Source of the DNA: Ostreococcus lucimarinus | Taxonomy: Eukaryota | Direction: 5' to 3' (one strand) | NCBI GenBank assembly: GCA_000092065.1 | Contig: CP000586.1 | Length of the DNA: 64,000 bases | Part shown: piece by piece, positions 8,534 to 20,400 of the stretch | Numbering within the stretch: position 1 is the first letter of the stretch | Layout: every line of letters starts with the position of its first letter | Position numbers and translations under genes: made by a program | Notes under the pieces: model-generated | What the model saw: only the letters and a program-made list of their open reading frames with translations | Databases searched by the model: none | Told to the model about the DNA's origin: nothing

Positions 8534-11500
8534 TCAAGACGTCTTCGGACGCAGGGGCATCGCGCTGCCATCCGACGTTCGAGTAAACTCGAACAGCACG
8601 GCTGGAGAACGGTAGATACGGATGAGAAGCCAATAAAGACGCTCCTCGAGAACAAAATCTCTCACTTGACGCGCGCTGTAAATATCGCTGCACAGCGAGA
8701 TGAGACGGTGCGTTGATGGCAAATCGACGTGCTGGATGCTGCCGACGAGATTGTTGGTGAAGCCTCGAACGATGGACGCCAAAGTTAAGATGTAGACGAC
8801 GTACACGCCCGTCAGACCACCAACAAATTGACTGAACGTCGCAAAAACGCCGGTCGGTACTTCGGATGAGATCAACACGATCTCAGGACCGTTCTCAAAC
8901 GCACTGCAGGGTCGCCACCAATCCAAACTCTGTCGATTCTCTTCCGAGGCTGCGAGGGGAACGACGTATGTTCCGCAATCGACGGACCACCACGGTGAGG
9001 TCGTGTTGTACCCATTCAGGGCAAGCGTGCAACTTATACTTTGTTGACTCGAATAATTCGGCACGGGCGAACCTTTGCCGTGCAAGTGCCAAACTCGCGG
9101 GTAAATGTTTTCCAAGAAGACATTGTTTTGTTCGCCGTTGAGCACTCTGATAAGCGCGGCGGCTTCGTCTTCTGCAAAGGTGTAGTCGACGCCTTCTGAA
9201 TATAAAATAGGATTATCCAGCGGTAAATGACGTTTAAACATCCAACCCGTGGTTAGTTTTGCACCACTTGAGAGAGACTTCTTCAAAGCCTCGATAGAAG
9301 GTGGAGGGGGCGACCAGACGGTGTCGCTGTCTTTCGCCAAACACGCCTCCTGTATTTGTCCAGGCTTGTTTATCATTGGTATCGGTCCATCCGTGCGAAG
9401 AGTCGACCACGGCATCGTTTCAATCGTTTTTCTGAATCCGCCTTCAAAGATTGGATACTTGAAGGTGTTTTCTGCTCCAATCAAGCTCATGTTGAACCGA
9501 ATATCGTAGACTGGATTGATGTCGACTTGTGGGTTTGATGTGCTGAATACGAAGAACGGCACGACCAACAGACTGAAAATGATCGTAAAAAGACCACCAC
9601 CCTCGAGGAAAACTTTTTTCCACCATGGTTGGGGTTGACCGAACGGATGATACTTTCTATAAGTGTTATTCCGGACGTTGATTCTGAACAAGTCACGCGA
9701 GATGTTCTCAAGCTTCAACCAGTCGTAAAGATCCAGGGCGCTGTCCGTGCAAGCATATTCGAGCAACACGCGTAATTCGTACATGAACGGAATCGAAAAG
9801 TACGCCATGAAAGCTCCAAAAGAAATAATATCAGAACGCTGGAAGATCAAGCTGTTCGTGAATACTTCAGCTGGGAACCCACAGCGTATTTGTCGCGCTC
9901 CGAGAGTGAACGACAACGACTTAAGGAGGAAAAAGAATTGCAAATACGAGTGACGTGCCGTCGTGTTCTGGTGGAAAATCATCAACAAAAATCCAACAAA
10001 TCCAGCATACGTCAAGTAGTGGTAGAAAACTTTGGCAATCTTTGCTTTTTTCATGTAAATCACTCCATCAACGACGATGAGTACCAAGCAAATGAAGACG
10101 GATACGACGTAGTCAATTTTGAACAAACCTTGATAGTATGTCTCCACCAATGCCTCTGCATCTGAGTCCACCGTGTTTTGATAGCAAATCGCCACGAAGA
10201 ATGTTGCGAGGATGTCGAAACAAAGCGTCGCGGTGTAAAAGTCCTGACCTTCTTGGTGGAAACCACGAACAGACGTGAGGCCAAGCGGGGCTACATCTGA
10301 GCCGCCAGCAGCTTCTCTGAGTTGCATCGCCTCAAGCGCTTTACTCGCCTCCGCACTAGGACGAAGGACGGAAACTGGGGCTATAACGCGGAATATTGCG
10401 GCACGATGTCCCGGGCTCGTTCGTAGACTATCGGTGTCTACTTGCACAAACTCGAGCGTGTAGTACGAAAGCGGTAGTTTTGAGCCACCTTCAGAAATCG
10501 TCTGGTGATTAATGAGTGCGTCGTTCACTCGGGCGACAATTTCATCCCAATCTGGCTCTGCATCTTCCTGTGCGAGGACTGAAAGCGCTACGAATGACGG
10601 ACCATACTCAGCTTCCGGAGTTAAGATTCGTTGGAAGAAATTATCCATTTCTGCTAGCAATCCTCGAGAGACTTCGATGTGGAAAGGTGAAGACTCAGAA
10701 TCGTCTTGGCGCGCGAAATTCATTTCAAATTCCGCAAAATGGACATTTTTAAACCTGGAAAACAGGGCGTTCGCGGCGAACAAGTCGCCGTTATTGCCCT
10801 CGTCACGCTCTTCGCGACGATGAATTTCATCTCTTGGTGTTTGCTGAGCGCTGTGGTGCACCGTGATGGCGATGTATGCCATGAACGCACCAATCATGGA
10901 AGGGACAAACGCACTACTGGCATCCTGGATACCGAACACGACTCCCGTATGAGCGCAGGCGGTCATACCCGAGCATTGCAAAGAACAAGGAATAGTAACA
11001 ACGTACGCAACGGCGAGCGATAATTCGGCGTACAAGAGAATCAATCGCCAAAATCCGGCAGGCACCACTGGATACGTCATCAGTCCGTATGCGATGATTG
11101 ACGTGGGAAAGACGAGAGCAGCGATGGAGAAATCGATGGCAAAAGCCAGTATCATGAAAAAATAGCACATTGAATACCGGGGTGCTGTCAACCACGGCCA
11201 TGCTTTCAAAAAGGCGCCAAATAATAAGCCAATTGTGGAGCTGCGATCACCAAGCCAGGTATGAAGTAAGGCTGTCAAATCCTTCTTCGGGTCATCCACA
11301 CTCGTGCGCATCTTCAGCTCGTGATCACGGAGTTGCGCTGCTCGCAAGTCCTGCCTTTCGGCGTTGTCTTCGTCTTCTCTGATCCATTCTTCATTGTTCT
11401 CATCGTCATCGCTGTCTCTGACGCCACGCCGACGGCGGATTGTATCACTTGGTGGCTTGCGGTCGCCCGTCGGTTTGCGACGAGTGCCTCGACTTTCCAC

Positions 11501-14500
11501 AGCGAGAATCTCTCGAGACAGACTTGTGATTTCGTTCCTGATGTCCTCTACTCTTTGACGACGATTTTCTTTCTCGCTCACCTTGGTCAAACAAGTTGCC
11601 AAACTTTCATGAATCCATCCCCGCTTCAACGCATCGTCGACAATGCGCTCCGCTTCAATGGACTGGCGACGCATAATCATCGCGGCTTTGTATGTGGGCT
11701 GAGTGATGATGCTTCTCAACAAGTGAACGATGGCAAAAATGACCAAATCCGGTGAAAGTTGACCAGACTGCCATCCGAGCACCGTGGGAAGCTTGTAAAA
11801 TCCAAAGCCTTGAAGTAGCGAACATTCAGACTCAACAGATACGTACCAGTCACCTAGTAAGCCTTCAAGCGGAGCTTGGTAAAGGAGAATCGCGCCGATG
11901 ACGGATACGTTGTACAGTTGCAAAATTCTCAAGCCCATCAGACTGTCCATACTCAAAGAATCGCGCGTACGGAGAAAATAGAATGGCAAAATCAAATAGC
12001 CAACGTGCATGAGATCTCGCGAAAAAGTGCCAAAGAAAATCACCATGACCAATGCCCAGTCAACTGCGTATCGCAAGTAAAAGTATCGCATCCATTCAAG
12101 GATGGTCCAATTTGTACTTGCTTCCCAGGTAAGCGGTGCGAATAAGATGTCAAAGTACGACGTCTCCTGCGTTTCCGGCGGGAGCAAAGCAACTTGTGTC
12201 GGTGTTTGCCTCGGTACCATCGTGGCGATCAACTCTGAAATCATAGCTTCATCTAACTCCGCGCCTTCTGCTTGCGTCGCCTCTATCGTCATTCGCGCGC
12301 GCTCTTCCAGAGCTGCTAAAATGGCATCCATCCTCAGTTGGCAAGCGGCGATAAAGAAAGCGCTAAAATAGCCAAACAGCATCATTTTGCTGCATGGGTA
12401 AACGGCAAGCCACTGTCTAGTCTCTCGTGAAAGCCGCATTTGTTCGCTCGCAGTGGAGAGGAGTGCCCGTGCAAACGACGGCGATGGTGGAGGAGACGGC
12501 GGAACGTCATCCACGCGGTTTTGCACGATATCAATCGAGACAACGTACTGCCATAGGACTATCAAGGCGCAGATCGCCGTAGTAAAGCGCCATAAGAGCA
12601 AGCGGTCACGCGGCGTGGACCCAAGCTTACTGTTAATCAACTTGAAAGTTACCCCTAAGTAGACGAGAGACAGCATGTTTGTAGACGCGATTCCGACAAT
12701 CGCAAAGACTACGTACAACAAACCTGGCATGAGATTCGCCATCATGCCTTCAATCATTTCAGGAACGATGGAAAGGAGCATAATCATCTGTCCCAGATTC
12801 GTTTGTGCATTTTCTCTCACTCGCTTAGTGAATTCGCGACGTGCCTCATCGCTCGCCGCACTTTCGCCTTCATCCGCGATGTCGGACGTGCTCTCCGAGA
12901 TTTCAGACATTGCTTTGTCATCTAAGTCGTCCATTTCCTTGCTTGCATCGGTGTTTTCCGTTTTTCGTTGAACAAGCATCGCTCGTGCGTCGCGTTGCGG
13001 CCAGAAGAGGTGACAAGGTTCAGGAGAACATCCAGATTTCAACGCCGGTGGTAGTTTCCTCAACCAGAAGCGTGTCGCCTTGGTCAACTCAACGGAAAGT
13101 ATCACCAGCACCGGATAGCGAAGCATGGATTCATTCTCTGGTATGAAATCACTCGGCGATTCTGGCCACTTATGCGCACCCAAGAGAGTCAAAATACCCC
13201 AATGTTGTCCCGCTTGAGTGTATTGAATCTTATAGGCGTAATCGATGATGGCAGAAATGAGTGCAACTGTACCAACCAGTTCGGTGGGACCATCGCTCGT
13301 TTTCATCGACAACGTCGCTGCGATGAGTGCTGCGAGCATCAATAATCCGAGCAAATCTCGGCGCTCGAGACTAAACAAGATTGCACAGAGGGTAACGATT
13401 TTATTTGTGTGCAAAATGATGGCTCGCTTCACAAGTGGCAGAAAGCCAAGCTCGGTTGCGGCCAACGGCAGACTTCGTCTCGCATCCACTGCATTGCTCA
13501 TCGTGAGCAATCCAATCTCGTGGAAATATGTTACGACGAGGAGAGTGCTCGGTCCGATCAATTCAGCCATGAGCTTGCCTGGCTCGACATTTTGCGCCAA
13601 CCCTACCGCGTTTGAGAGGAACGCCTTGAACTCGGTGGAGAATCCAAAAATTTCGTCGAGCGGGAAAGCGCCAAAGGCGTAACGACTCGCGAGATTGAAT
13701 AAACAGAACAACAGAACAGCGCGCCATCGACCGGACTCGGTTTCTTCTGAGTGCCGTTTAGCGATGCAATTCAATCCAAGGAGTACGAGAAGTGTCAAGT
13801 TTATCAGCGAACACTGCGACGTTTCGAGCGTCACCAGACCAACCAAGAGCACTAAATAAGCGCCAAAGCGCGTCATCAACTTCATGAGCACCAACGAGCA
13901 CTCGTACACTACGGCTTTACCCAAAGACACCAATGAGTTCAAGGTTCCCTGGCCAGGCGCACTATCTTCCTCAGTTTCCGGCGTCAGCGCGTTAAGGACC
14001 TTCTGCAGGTACAGCACGATGCAAATTACCACCAAAACGCAGGCGAAAGGTCCAGTCGTGTGAATCATGTTTGATTGCTCAAGGCCTAAAACACGCAATG
14101 TCGTCGCCCACTTCGTGTGGTACACATTGAATATATTAACGTGTTCATTCATCGCCCACAGATACAACGCCGCAACAAAGCCAGCGAGTGTTTGTGCCGT
14201 CAGATGCAATACCGTCCGGTCTCCCGGTTTGAGGATATTGAACAAGAATGCCAATAGCAATGCGGCGTGGAGTAAATCGGCTCGCGATAGAGCCACAATC
14301 CACAGTGCGAAGGGCACCAAGAGGTGTGAGATCAACTGAACTAAAGGCAAATCCCACATCAAGCGACTGTCGTCGACGGCCGGGTTATGCTCAATCTCAA
14401 GGTCATCTAATGGTACAAAATCCACAATGACACCATCCTGCACTCTTTGTTCCAGAACGTCATCCGTCGGGGTACTCTTGGCGTTCTTTGTGAGCCAACC

Positions 14501-15742
14501 GACAAAGGTGAGCGTGGCTACTAAACTGCCCATATAACACGCGTTAATGCCCGATTGCTCGCCGTTGTGCGCTGGCGATGCACCGAATATTTGTAGCAAA
14601 ACTCTTACTTTGCCGTTCATGGATGACATCATCACTGGTGGAATGCAAAGCAGGGCGTACTCTCCAACGCTCCAAAGCGCGACGTAGGCGAAAATCACCG
14701 GACCGTGCACGTTCGCAAACGTCGTGTGACGCGTTGGGTTCACGACGAGAATCAATCCTAGCAAAAGCATGGGGTACGCAATTACGTTAACGACGAGTAA
14801 TGACGTCGCGAGTAACGTAAAGCCAGCCAAGACGCCGCCAAATCGAGCCAGCAAGCGGGCGACTGTTCCCGCGTCATCGTAGGTGTCCACGACGTCTGCA
14901 TCTGAAGCTGACTCCCCCTCCATCAAAGGCGCTCTAATACCTTCACCGTCTGCGGTATCGTAATCGCTGTCGTGTGACTCCACCGCACACAGCGCCATGA
15001 ATAGCCCGCCGATAGCGATGATTTGCGTCAAACGCAACAATCGCGCCACCGGCCCTTCCGTCCTATCCATCGAATACAACCCAAGCAACTGCGCCGAAGA
15101 CTCTCGCGCCGCGTCTTGCAACTCCGGTAACTGATACATGTAAATTGCCATGAAATGAATCGCGGTGTAGCACAAGCACGCCACCGTGGCCCTTCGCGGA
15201 AGATTTAATAAACTCTCGCGCGCACCTTGAAATTTGCCACCGACGCCGCGCCGCATCTCAGTTGCGAAATACGACACCACGAATAATAAATACATCATCG
15301 ACGACAGTGAAGGCACTGTCACCGCCGCTAACGCCGCCGTACACACCGTCACGCGCATCACCGTCTCCTTATCGCTCACTGTCGTCGCAAACGCCCCTTC
15401 CGCGTCGCCGCCGTCGAGCGCGCTCGCGCGCTCGCTCGCCCCATCCACGTACAGCTTACTTCCTCCCGCGAGCGCGATCCCGAAATAAGGCACAAAGAAC
15501 AGCACGTAGTCTATGATGCCATCCAATCTTCCGAACCCTAAATACCGCAGCGCGTCCGCTTGCCATGGATTCCTCGGCCACGCCGCTCCGAAACCGACGT
15601 AACACGCCTGCGTCGCGCAATTCCCCAACAGCACGAACGCACACAGCCCCATCACCCCCCACCACACGTCTCTCTGCACCCGCGTCAGCGCGTGCGTATT
15701 CTTTCGTCCCTCGTGCACGCGTTCGATCGCGAACGCCGTCAA
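8534..15742 (-). CDS. PIEZO: Piezo-type mechanosensitive cation channel
   Basis: 2402-aa ORF with dozens of predicted TM helices. The C-terminal region contains the Piezo pore-module signature ...FGAFMAYFSIPFMYELRVLLEYACTDSALDLYDWLKLE (PF(x2)E(x6)W motif). Confidence 0.8.
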   Translation of the reverse strand: MTAFAIERVHEGRKNTHALTRVQRDVWWGVMGLCAFVLLGNCATQACYVGFGAAWPRNPWQADALRYLGFGRLDGIIDYVLFFVPYFGIALAGGSKLYVDGASERASALDGGDAEGAFATTVSDKETVMRVTVCTAALAAVTVPSLSSMMYLLFVVSYFATEMRRGVGGKFQGARESLLNLPRRATVACLCYTAIHFMAIYMYQLPELQDAARESSAQLLGLYSMDRTEGPVARLLRLTQIIAIGGLFMALCAVESHDSDYDTADGEGIRAPLMEGESASDADVVDTYDDAGTVARLLARFGGVLAGFTLLATSLLVVNVIAYPMLLLGLILVVNPTRHTTFANVHGPVIFAYVALWSVGEYALLCIPPVMMSSMNGKVRVLLQIFGASPAHNGEQSGINACYMGSLVATLTFVGWLTKNAKSTPTDDVLEQRVQDGVIVDFVPLDDLEIEHNPAVDDSRLMWDLPLVQLISHLLVPFALWIVALSRADLLHAALLLAFLFNILKPGDRTVLHLTAQTLAGFVAALYLWAMNEHVNIFNVYHTKWATTLRVLGLEQSNMIHTTGPFACVLVVICIVLYLQKVLNALTPETEEDSAPGQGTLNSLVSLGKAVVYECSLVLMKLMTRFGAYLVLLVGLVTLETSQCSLINLTLLVLLGLNCIAKRHSEETESGRWRAVLLFCLFNLASRYAFGAFPLDEIFGFSTEFKAFLSNAVGLAQNVEPGKLMAELIGPSTLLVVTYFHEIGLLTMSNAVDARRSLPLAATELGFLPLVKRAIILHTNKIVTLCAILFSLERRDLLGLLMLAALIAATLSMKTSDGPTELVGTVALISAIIDYAYKIQYTQAGQHWGILTLLGAHKWPESPSDFIPENESMLRYPVLVILSVELTKATRFWLRKLPPALKSGCSPEPCHLFWPQRDARAMLVQRKTENTDASKEMDDLDDKAMSEISESTSDIADEGESAASDEARREFTKRVRENAQTNLGQMIMLLSIVPEMIEGMMANLMPGLLYVVFAIVGIASTNMLSLVYLGVTFKLINSKLGSTPRDRLLLWRFTTAICALIVLWQYVVSIDIVQNRVDDVPPSPPPSPSFARALLSTASEQMRLSRETRQWLAVYPCSKMMLFGYFSAFFIAACQLRMDAILAALEERARMTIEATQAEGAELDEAMISELIATMVPRQTPTQVALLPPETQETSYFDILFAPLTWEASTNWTILEWMRYFYLRYAVDWALVMVIFFGTFSRDLMHVGYLILPFYFLRTRDSLSMDSLMGLRILQLYNVSVIGAILLYQAPLEGLLGDWYVSVESECSLLQGFGFYKLPTVLGWQSGQLSPDLVIFAIVHLLRSIITQPTYKAAMIMRRQSIEAERIVDDALKRGWIHESLATCLTKVSEKENRRQRVEDIRNEITSLSREILAVESRGTRRKPTGDRKPPSDTIRRRRGVRDSDDDENNEEWIREDEDNAERQDLRAAQLRDHELKMRTSVDDPKKDLTALLHTWLGDRSSTIGLLFGAFLKAWPWLTAPRYSMCYFFMILAFAIDFSIAALVFPTSIIAYGLMTYPVVPAGFWRLILLYAELSLAVAYVVTIPCSLQCSGMTACAHTGVVFGIQDASSAFVPSMIGAFMAYIAITVHHSAQQTPRDEIHRREERDEGNNGDLFAANALFSRFKNVHFAEFEMNFARQDDSESSPFHIEVSRGLLAEMDNFFQRILTPEAEYGPSFVALSVLAQEDAEPDWDEIVARVNDALINHQTISEGGSKLPLSYYTLEFVQVDTDSLRTSPGHRAAIFRVIAPVSVLRPSAEASKALEAMQLREAAGGSDVAPLGLTSVRGFHQEGQDFYTATLCFDILATFFVAICYQNTVDSDAEALVETYYQGLFKIDYVVSVFICLVLIVVDGVIYMKKAKIAKVFYHYLTYAGFVGFLLMIFHQNTTARHSYLQFFFLLKSLSFTLGARQIRCGFPAEVFTNSLIFQRSDIISFGAFMAYFSIPFMYELRVLLEYACTDSALDLYDWLKLENISRDLFRINVRNNTYRKYHPFGQPQPWWKKVFLEGGGLFTIIFSLLVVPFFVFSTSNPQVDINPVYDIRFNMSLIGAENTFKYPIFEGGFRKTIETMPWSTLRTDGPIPMINKPGQIQEACLAKDSDTVWSPPPPSIEALKKSLSSGAKLTTGWMFKRHLPLDNPILYSEGVDYTFAEDEAAALIRVLNGEQNNVFLENIYPRVWHLHGKGSPVPNYSSQQSISCTLALNGYNTTSPWWSVDCGTYVVPLAASEENRQSLDWWRPCSAFENGPEIVLISSEVPTGVFATFSQFVGGLTGVYVVYILTLASIVRGFTNNLVGSIQHVDLPSTHRLISLCSDIYSARQVRDFVLEERLYWLLIRIYRSPAVLFEFTRTSDGSAMPLRPKTS

Positions 15743-15862
15743 GAATCCAAAACTCTGTAATCGACATGGTGTTCACGATGATGGATTCGTCAGTCCGTCG
15801 TTTCGTCCGGTTTTCTCTCTCGCGCGCGCGTCGATTCGCGTCGGCGCGTCCACGCGCGCACC

Positions 15863-17329
15863 ATGATCGACGGTCGCTGTTCCGCGGCGTGTATGCTCAC
15901 GGCGACGACGAGCATGACGCTCGACATCGCCGCCATCGGGTCGACGCCCATGGCGCGTTGTGACGCGCTCGGCGCACACGCGCGCGCGCTCGACGGACAC
16001 GCGCCGTTCGCGCGCGGCGAAGCGGTCGACGCGAGGCGCGCGCCGATGCGCGCGTCGGCGTCGGCGGCGACGGCGGCGACGGCGCCGCGCGCGACCGCGA
16101 GGCGCGCGCGAATCGCGAACGCAAAGGCGCGCGGGACGACGACGACGACGCGCGCGTGCGTGAACTCGCCCGAGGGCGTGTTGGCGGCGCTGGTGTGCGT
16201 GGGGACGTGCGCGGGAGTGTTGGAGAAGCGCACGCGCGTCGGGGCGCGCGTGTCGGGGCCGGTGCTGGCGATGGCGAGCGCGAGCGCGCTGGCGAGCGCG
16301 AACGCGCTGCCGGGCGCGAGCGCGGCGTACGAGGCGGTGTGGACGACCGTCATGCCGAGTGGGGTGGTCTTAGCGTTGTTAGCGAGTGGGAAGGCGCTCG
16401 TGGGGAAGGGATGGACGGGGGCGGGTGAGGACGTGGCGAAGGCGTTCGTCGTCGGCGCGTGCGGCACCGTCGTCGGCACCGCGGCGGCGTTCGCGGCGTG
16501 CGGACGCGCACTCGGTACGCACGGAGCGAAGATCGCGGGGTGTTTGTGCGCGAGCTACATCGGTGGCAGCTTGAATTTTGCGGCGACGGCGCAGGCGTTG
16601 GACGTGGTGAACGCGGGAGGGAAGGCACTGTTGACTGGCGCGATGGCGGCGGACAATCTCGCGATGTGCGCGTATCTTGCGGCGCTCTTCGCAATTAAGA
16701 CTTCGGGGCCGAGTGAGGAAGAAAGATCGAGGGAGGTTGAGAGCGGCGAACGAGTTTTGAGTGGTGTCACGGCGGCGTCCGCATGCGCATCGCTCGCGAT
16801 GGCGTTGATTGTTTTGGAATTGTCGCGTCTCGTCGCCGCCGGATTCGGCGCGCCCAGTTTATCGCTGGGCGTCGCGTGCGTTTTGGCGCCCATCGTCTCG
16901 ATTTCGGCGAGCACGATCGCTCGGACGTCAAAATCTGAATCAAGGAATTTATCCAGTATTTTGGCGTTTTCTGGATCGCAACCGATGAGCGAGGCGCTCA
17001 TGCTCTTGTTTTTCGCTACGCTCGGCGCCATGGTGGATTTGCGCACAATTTTTGCGACGCTCTCGGGCGGCGCTATGTTGCCATTCATCGCGATTCTTCT
17101 CACAACACAACTTGTGTTCACTCTGCTTGTCGGTCACAAGTTATTGAAGATCCCATTGTGGGCCGTGCTCGTCGCGGCGAACGCGAATGTGGGCGGACCA
17201 GCGACCGCCGCAGCGATGGCCGCAGCGCGCGGATGGCGTCAAGCCTTTGCACCGGCGGTGGCCACGGGGATATTCGGTTATTCGATCGCGACTTTGATCG
17301 GCGTCGCGATAGGAATTTTTTTAGCGTAG
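15863..17329 (+). CDS. DUF819-family polytopic membrane protein with Ala/Arg/Ser/Thr-rich (transit-peptide-like) N-terminus
   Basis: C-terminal ...ANANVGGPATAAAMAAARGWRQAFAPAVATGIFGYSIATLIGVAIG matches the DUF819 (YjcL-like) C-terminal signature. About 10 hydrophobic segments. Confidence 0.5.
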   Translation: MIDGRCSAACMLTATTSMTLDIAAIGSTPMARCDALGAHARALDGHAPFARGEAVDARRAPMRASASAATAATAPRATARRARIANAKARGTTTTTRACVNSPEGVLAALVCVGTCAGVLEKRTRVGARVSGPVLAMASASALASANALPGASAAYEAVWTTVMPSGVVLALLASGKALVGKGWTGAGEDVAKAFVVGACGTVVGTAAAFAACGRALGTHGAKIAGCLCASYIGGSLNFAATAQALDVVNAGGKALLTGAMAADNLAMCAYLAALFAIKTSGPSEEERSREVESGERVLSGVTAASACASLAMALIVLELSRLVAAGFGAPSLSLGVACVLAPIVSISASTIARTSKSESRNLSSILAFSGSQPMSEALMLLFFATLGAMVDLRTIFATLSGGAMLPFIAILLTTQLVFTLLVGHKLLKIPLWAVLVAANANVGGPATAAAMAAARGWRQAFAPAVATGIFGYSIATLIGVAIGIFLA

Positions 17330-17339
17330 TAGTGGGGCG

Positions 17340-17344
17340 TGTAA
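17340..17344 (+). promoter_or_regulatory. TGTAA poly(A)-like signal 11 nt after the DUF819 stop
   Basis: tagtagtggggcgTGTAAtag. Confidence 0.3.
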
Positions 17345-17401
17345 TAGTTAGCATTAGTGTTCGTTCGTATTCAAACGGGATCTACTATACAGAGGATTAA
17401 T

Positions 17402-20400
17402 TTACGCCGTCAGCGCGGCGCGCTCCGCCTCGACTGCGGCATTACTCTCTTGCTGTTGAAGCTGCGCGAGTTGGTTGGCGCCAACCTTGAATGCGCCCGG
17501 ATTGATCGCCACTGTCTTCGTGGTGTTGTTGGTCTTGTAAATACCGACCAATCTATCCGCGAGCTCGAACATGTTATTGCGCAGAGAAATGATCACAAAC
17601 TGAGCGTTTTTCGTTCGCTCCTTGATGTAATGTCCGACGATGGAAACGTTCTTGAAATCCAACGCAGCGTCAATTTCGTCCATGACATACAACGGTGTGG
17701 GCTTGTAGTGATGCAAAGCAAACACCAATGCGAGCGATGAGAGCGTCTTCTCACCACCGGATAAATTGGCGATGTTCTTCCAGCTCTTCTTCGGCGGGCG
17801 CACGCTGAAAACAATGCCCTCGGAGAAGGGATCGAGCGAATCTACCAGCTCAAGTTCGGCATCACCACCGAGAGTGATCATTTGATACATCTCTTTGAGT
17901 TTGAGCGAGATAATATTGAAACCATCCATGAACTCGTTGAGTCGTTTTTGTCGTAGCTTGTCGTACGCTTCACGAGTGTTATCACGCTCCTCCGTCGCCG
18001 CGCTCAACTCAGCGGCGCGCTCTTCGTACTCCTCCGCTTTCTTCGCGTACGCTTCGATAGATGACATGTCAGGCTTTGCAGCCGCGAGTTCTTCTTCTAA
18101 AATCACCGCCTTTTCTTGCATCTCGTCCGTCGTATGTTGCTCGAGCTCTTCGTCGTTCAAGAGTTCAGGCACTTCACCCTCCGCGTAAAGCGACGTGCGC
18201 TCCTTCGTCACCTTGTTGATTTCTTTATTCCAGTGCTTTTCCTTGTCTTTATTCTCCTTCTGGACGACGCTGAGGTCGTCTAATTTCGCTTGAATATCAA
18301 CTTCAACGCCTCGGATGGTGCCGACAATTTTCATTATTTCATCGAACGCTTTCTGTGCCTCGGAGAACTCGCCACTCTTCACTTCAAGGAGCTGCTTAAG
18401 TTCGCCTTGCGATTCGAGTACGGCGGCGGCGCCGTCTTCAAGTGCCTTGAATTCAGCCTCGTGATTCTGCATATTAGCCTTAATTTGCTCAACTTCGGCT
18501 TGATTGGCTTCGATTCCCTTGGAGAGACGAGCGGTCGTCCCTTCGTGAGACTTGGCCTTGGCGCGCTTCTCGGTGACGGCGTCAGACGCTGCAGCGATGC
18601 CGGCGGTGAGATCCTTGACTAACGCTCGCTGCCTTTTCAAGCCATCACCGCCAACGTTATCCATCTTTTGTTGCAACTTGGCTTCCTTCTGTTTAAGAGC
18701 GGCTGCACCCGCCGTGACTTCATCCAACACAACCTTGGCCTTTTCAACTTCTTTGTCGAGTCTCTTGAGCTCGTCCGCGTCGTTCTTACTCGCGTCATGC
18801 GCCGCTTCGAGTTCAACCAAACGAGTGGACAAATCAGCAGCCTTGGCTTCGGCTGCGTCAAATTCAGCCTTCAACTTGGGAATCATGCGTTCGATTTTGT
18901 TGACGATCGCCTCTGCATCGCGAGCCTCCTGGAGAGATTTGAGCGCCACCTGACGCGAGCGTTCGTAGAGTTTTCCAGCTTGTTCAAGCTCCACCTCTGC
19001 CATTTTAATCTCTTTCGCCACTTCGGCGGCATCGGTAATCACTGGTGCTTGATTTCCAACGCGCATTCTACCGGTACGCGGCTTGGAACCGCCACCACTC
19101 AACGTACCGCTGGTCTCAAACAGTTGACCCTGAATGGTAACCACTCGACGGCGCTTCTCGCCGTGAGCCAGGCGCGAAGCTTGTTCGAGATCTTGAGCCA
19201 CTAAAGTATCACGAACTCCGAAGTAGAAAGCGACCGCAAAGCGTTCTTCCGCGGGTTTGATCAAATCGATCAGGCGCGGCGCGTTGTCCGGGTTGGAAAC
19301 CTTTTCGTTCATCTTAGAAAGAAGATGCTTCTGTCTGTCGAGGGCAAGAAAGTTGCCCCGACCGAGGTTGTGCTTCCGAAGGTACGACACACAAAGCTGC
19401 GCATCGGACGTGGTTTCAACCAAGATGTGATCAAGAGGTCCACATGCAGTCGACACCGCGACATCATATTCTTTGTCAATAGCCCCAAGATCACCGAGAC
19501 GACCGAGAACACCCTTGAGCGCGCCAGCGGCTTGAGCGTCAAGCAACGCTTGCACCATCGCATTCTGACTCTTCTCCGTCTCGGCCGTCGAACGACGTTG
19601 TTCGAGCTTACCACGAATCTCACGAGTCTCAGCTTGCGCAGCGGCTTCTTTTTCTTTCGCATCGGCTTCCATTACTCGAGCCTTATCGGCGCGCGCGCGC
19701 TCTGTCTCCAACGTCGCTTCCTCTTCGCCGATGGTTTTCTTCAACTCGATAGCCTTCACGCGTGCCTCCTTTTGACCCTCACGTGCCGCGTTCAAAGACT
19801 TTTCTGCATCAGCGTGTTTTTCAAGGAGAAGGGCTCGCTCAGACGTAGCGACGTTGAACGCCCCCTGAGCCGCGGCGAGCTTACCTTCCCACGGCGCCAA
19901 ATCCTTTTGCGCTTGGTCGAGTTCGCGGCCCACCGCTGCGAACTCATCTTGCAAGCTAGCGACGAGAGCATCCAAAGCAGCCTCTTCTTTGTCGATTCTT
20001 GCCTCGAGATCTGCCTTTTTTGCTTCCAAAACGGGCACTTCTTTCTCAATCGCCGCGCATTCCGCCGCCATTTTCTGCTGCTTTTCCGTGTCCGTGGCAA
20101 TTTTCGTGTTGAGTTTCTTCACCGACGCCTTCATGTTTTTCAACTCCTCTCGATACTTGGCATCCTTCAGCTCGAAGTCGGCAAAGTCTTTCACACTCTT
20201 GTCGAAATCAGCTTGAATCTTGGACAATTCGTCAGCAATTTCGCCCTTACGGCCCTCTGCAGCCTTCAACGCGTCCTCGTGCTCGGAGTGTTTCGCGCGC
20301 TCTTCTTCGAGCTTTTGCGTGAGCGCATCCTTGTTTTCTTGAATCTTGACCAAGTTGGTTTGCGTCTCTTTGATGAATAGTTGGTACATCGTCGATCGCG

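Noticed and set aside
15790-16479. 229-aa ORF on the - strand (Ala/Pro/Thr-rich)
   Set aside because: Antisense to the DUF819 gene's N-terminal region. Long spurious ORFs are expected in GC-rich DNA. Low-complexity composition with no motif.
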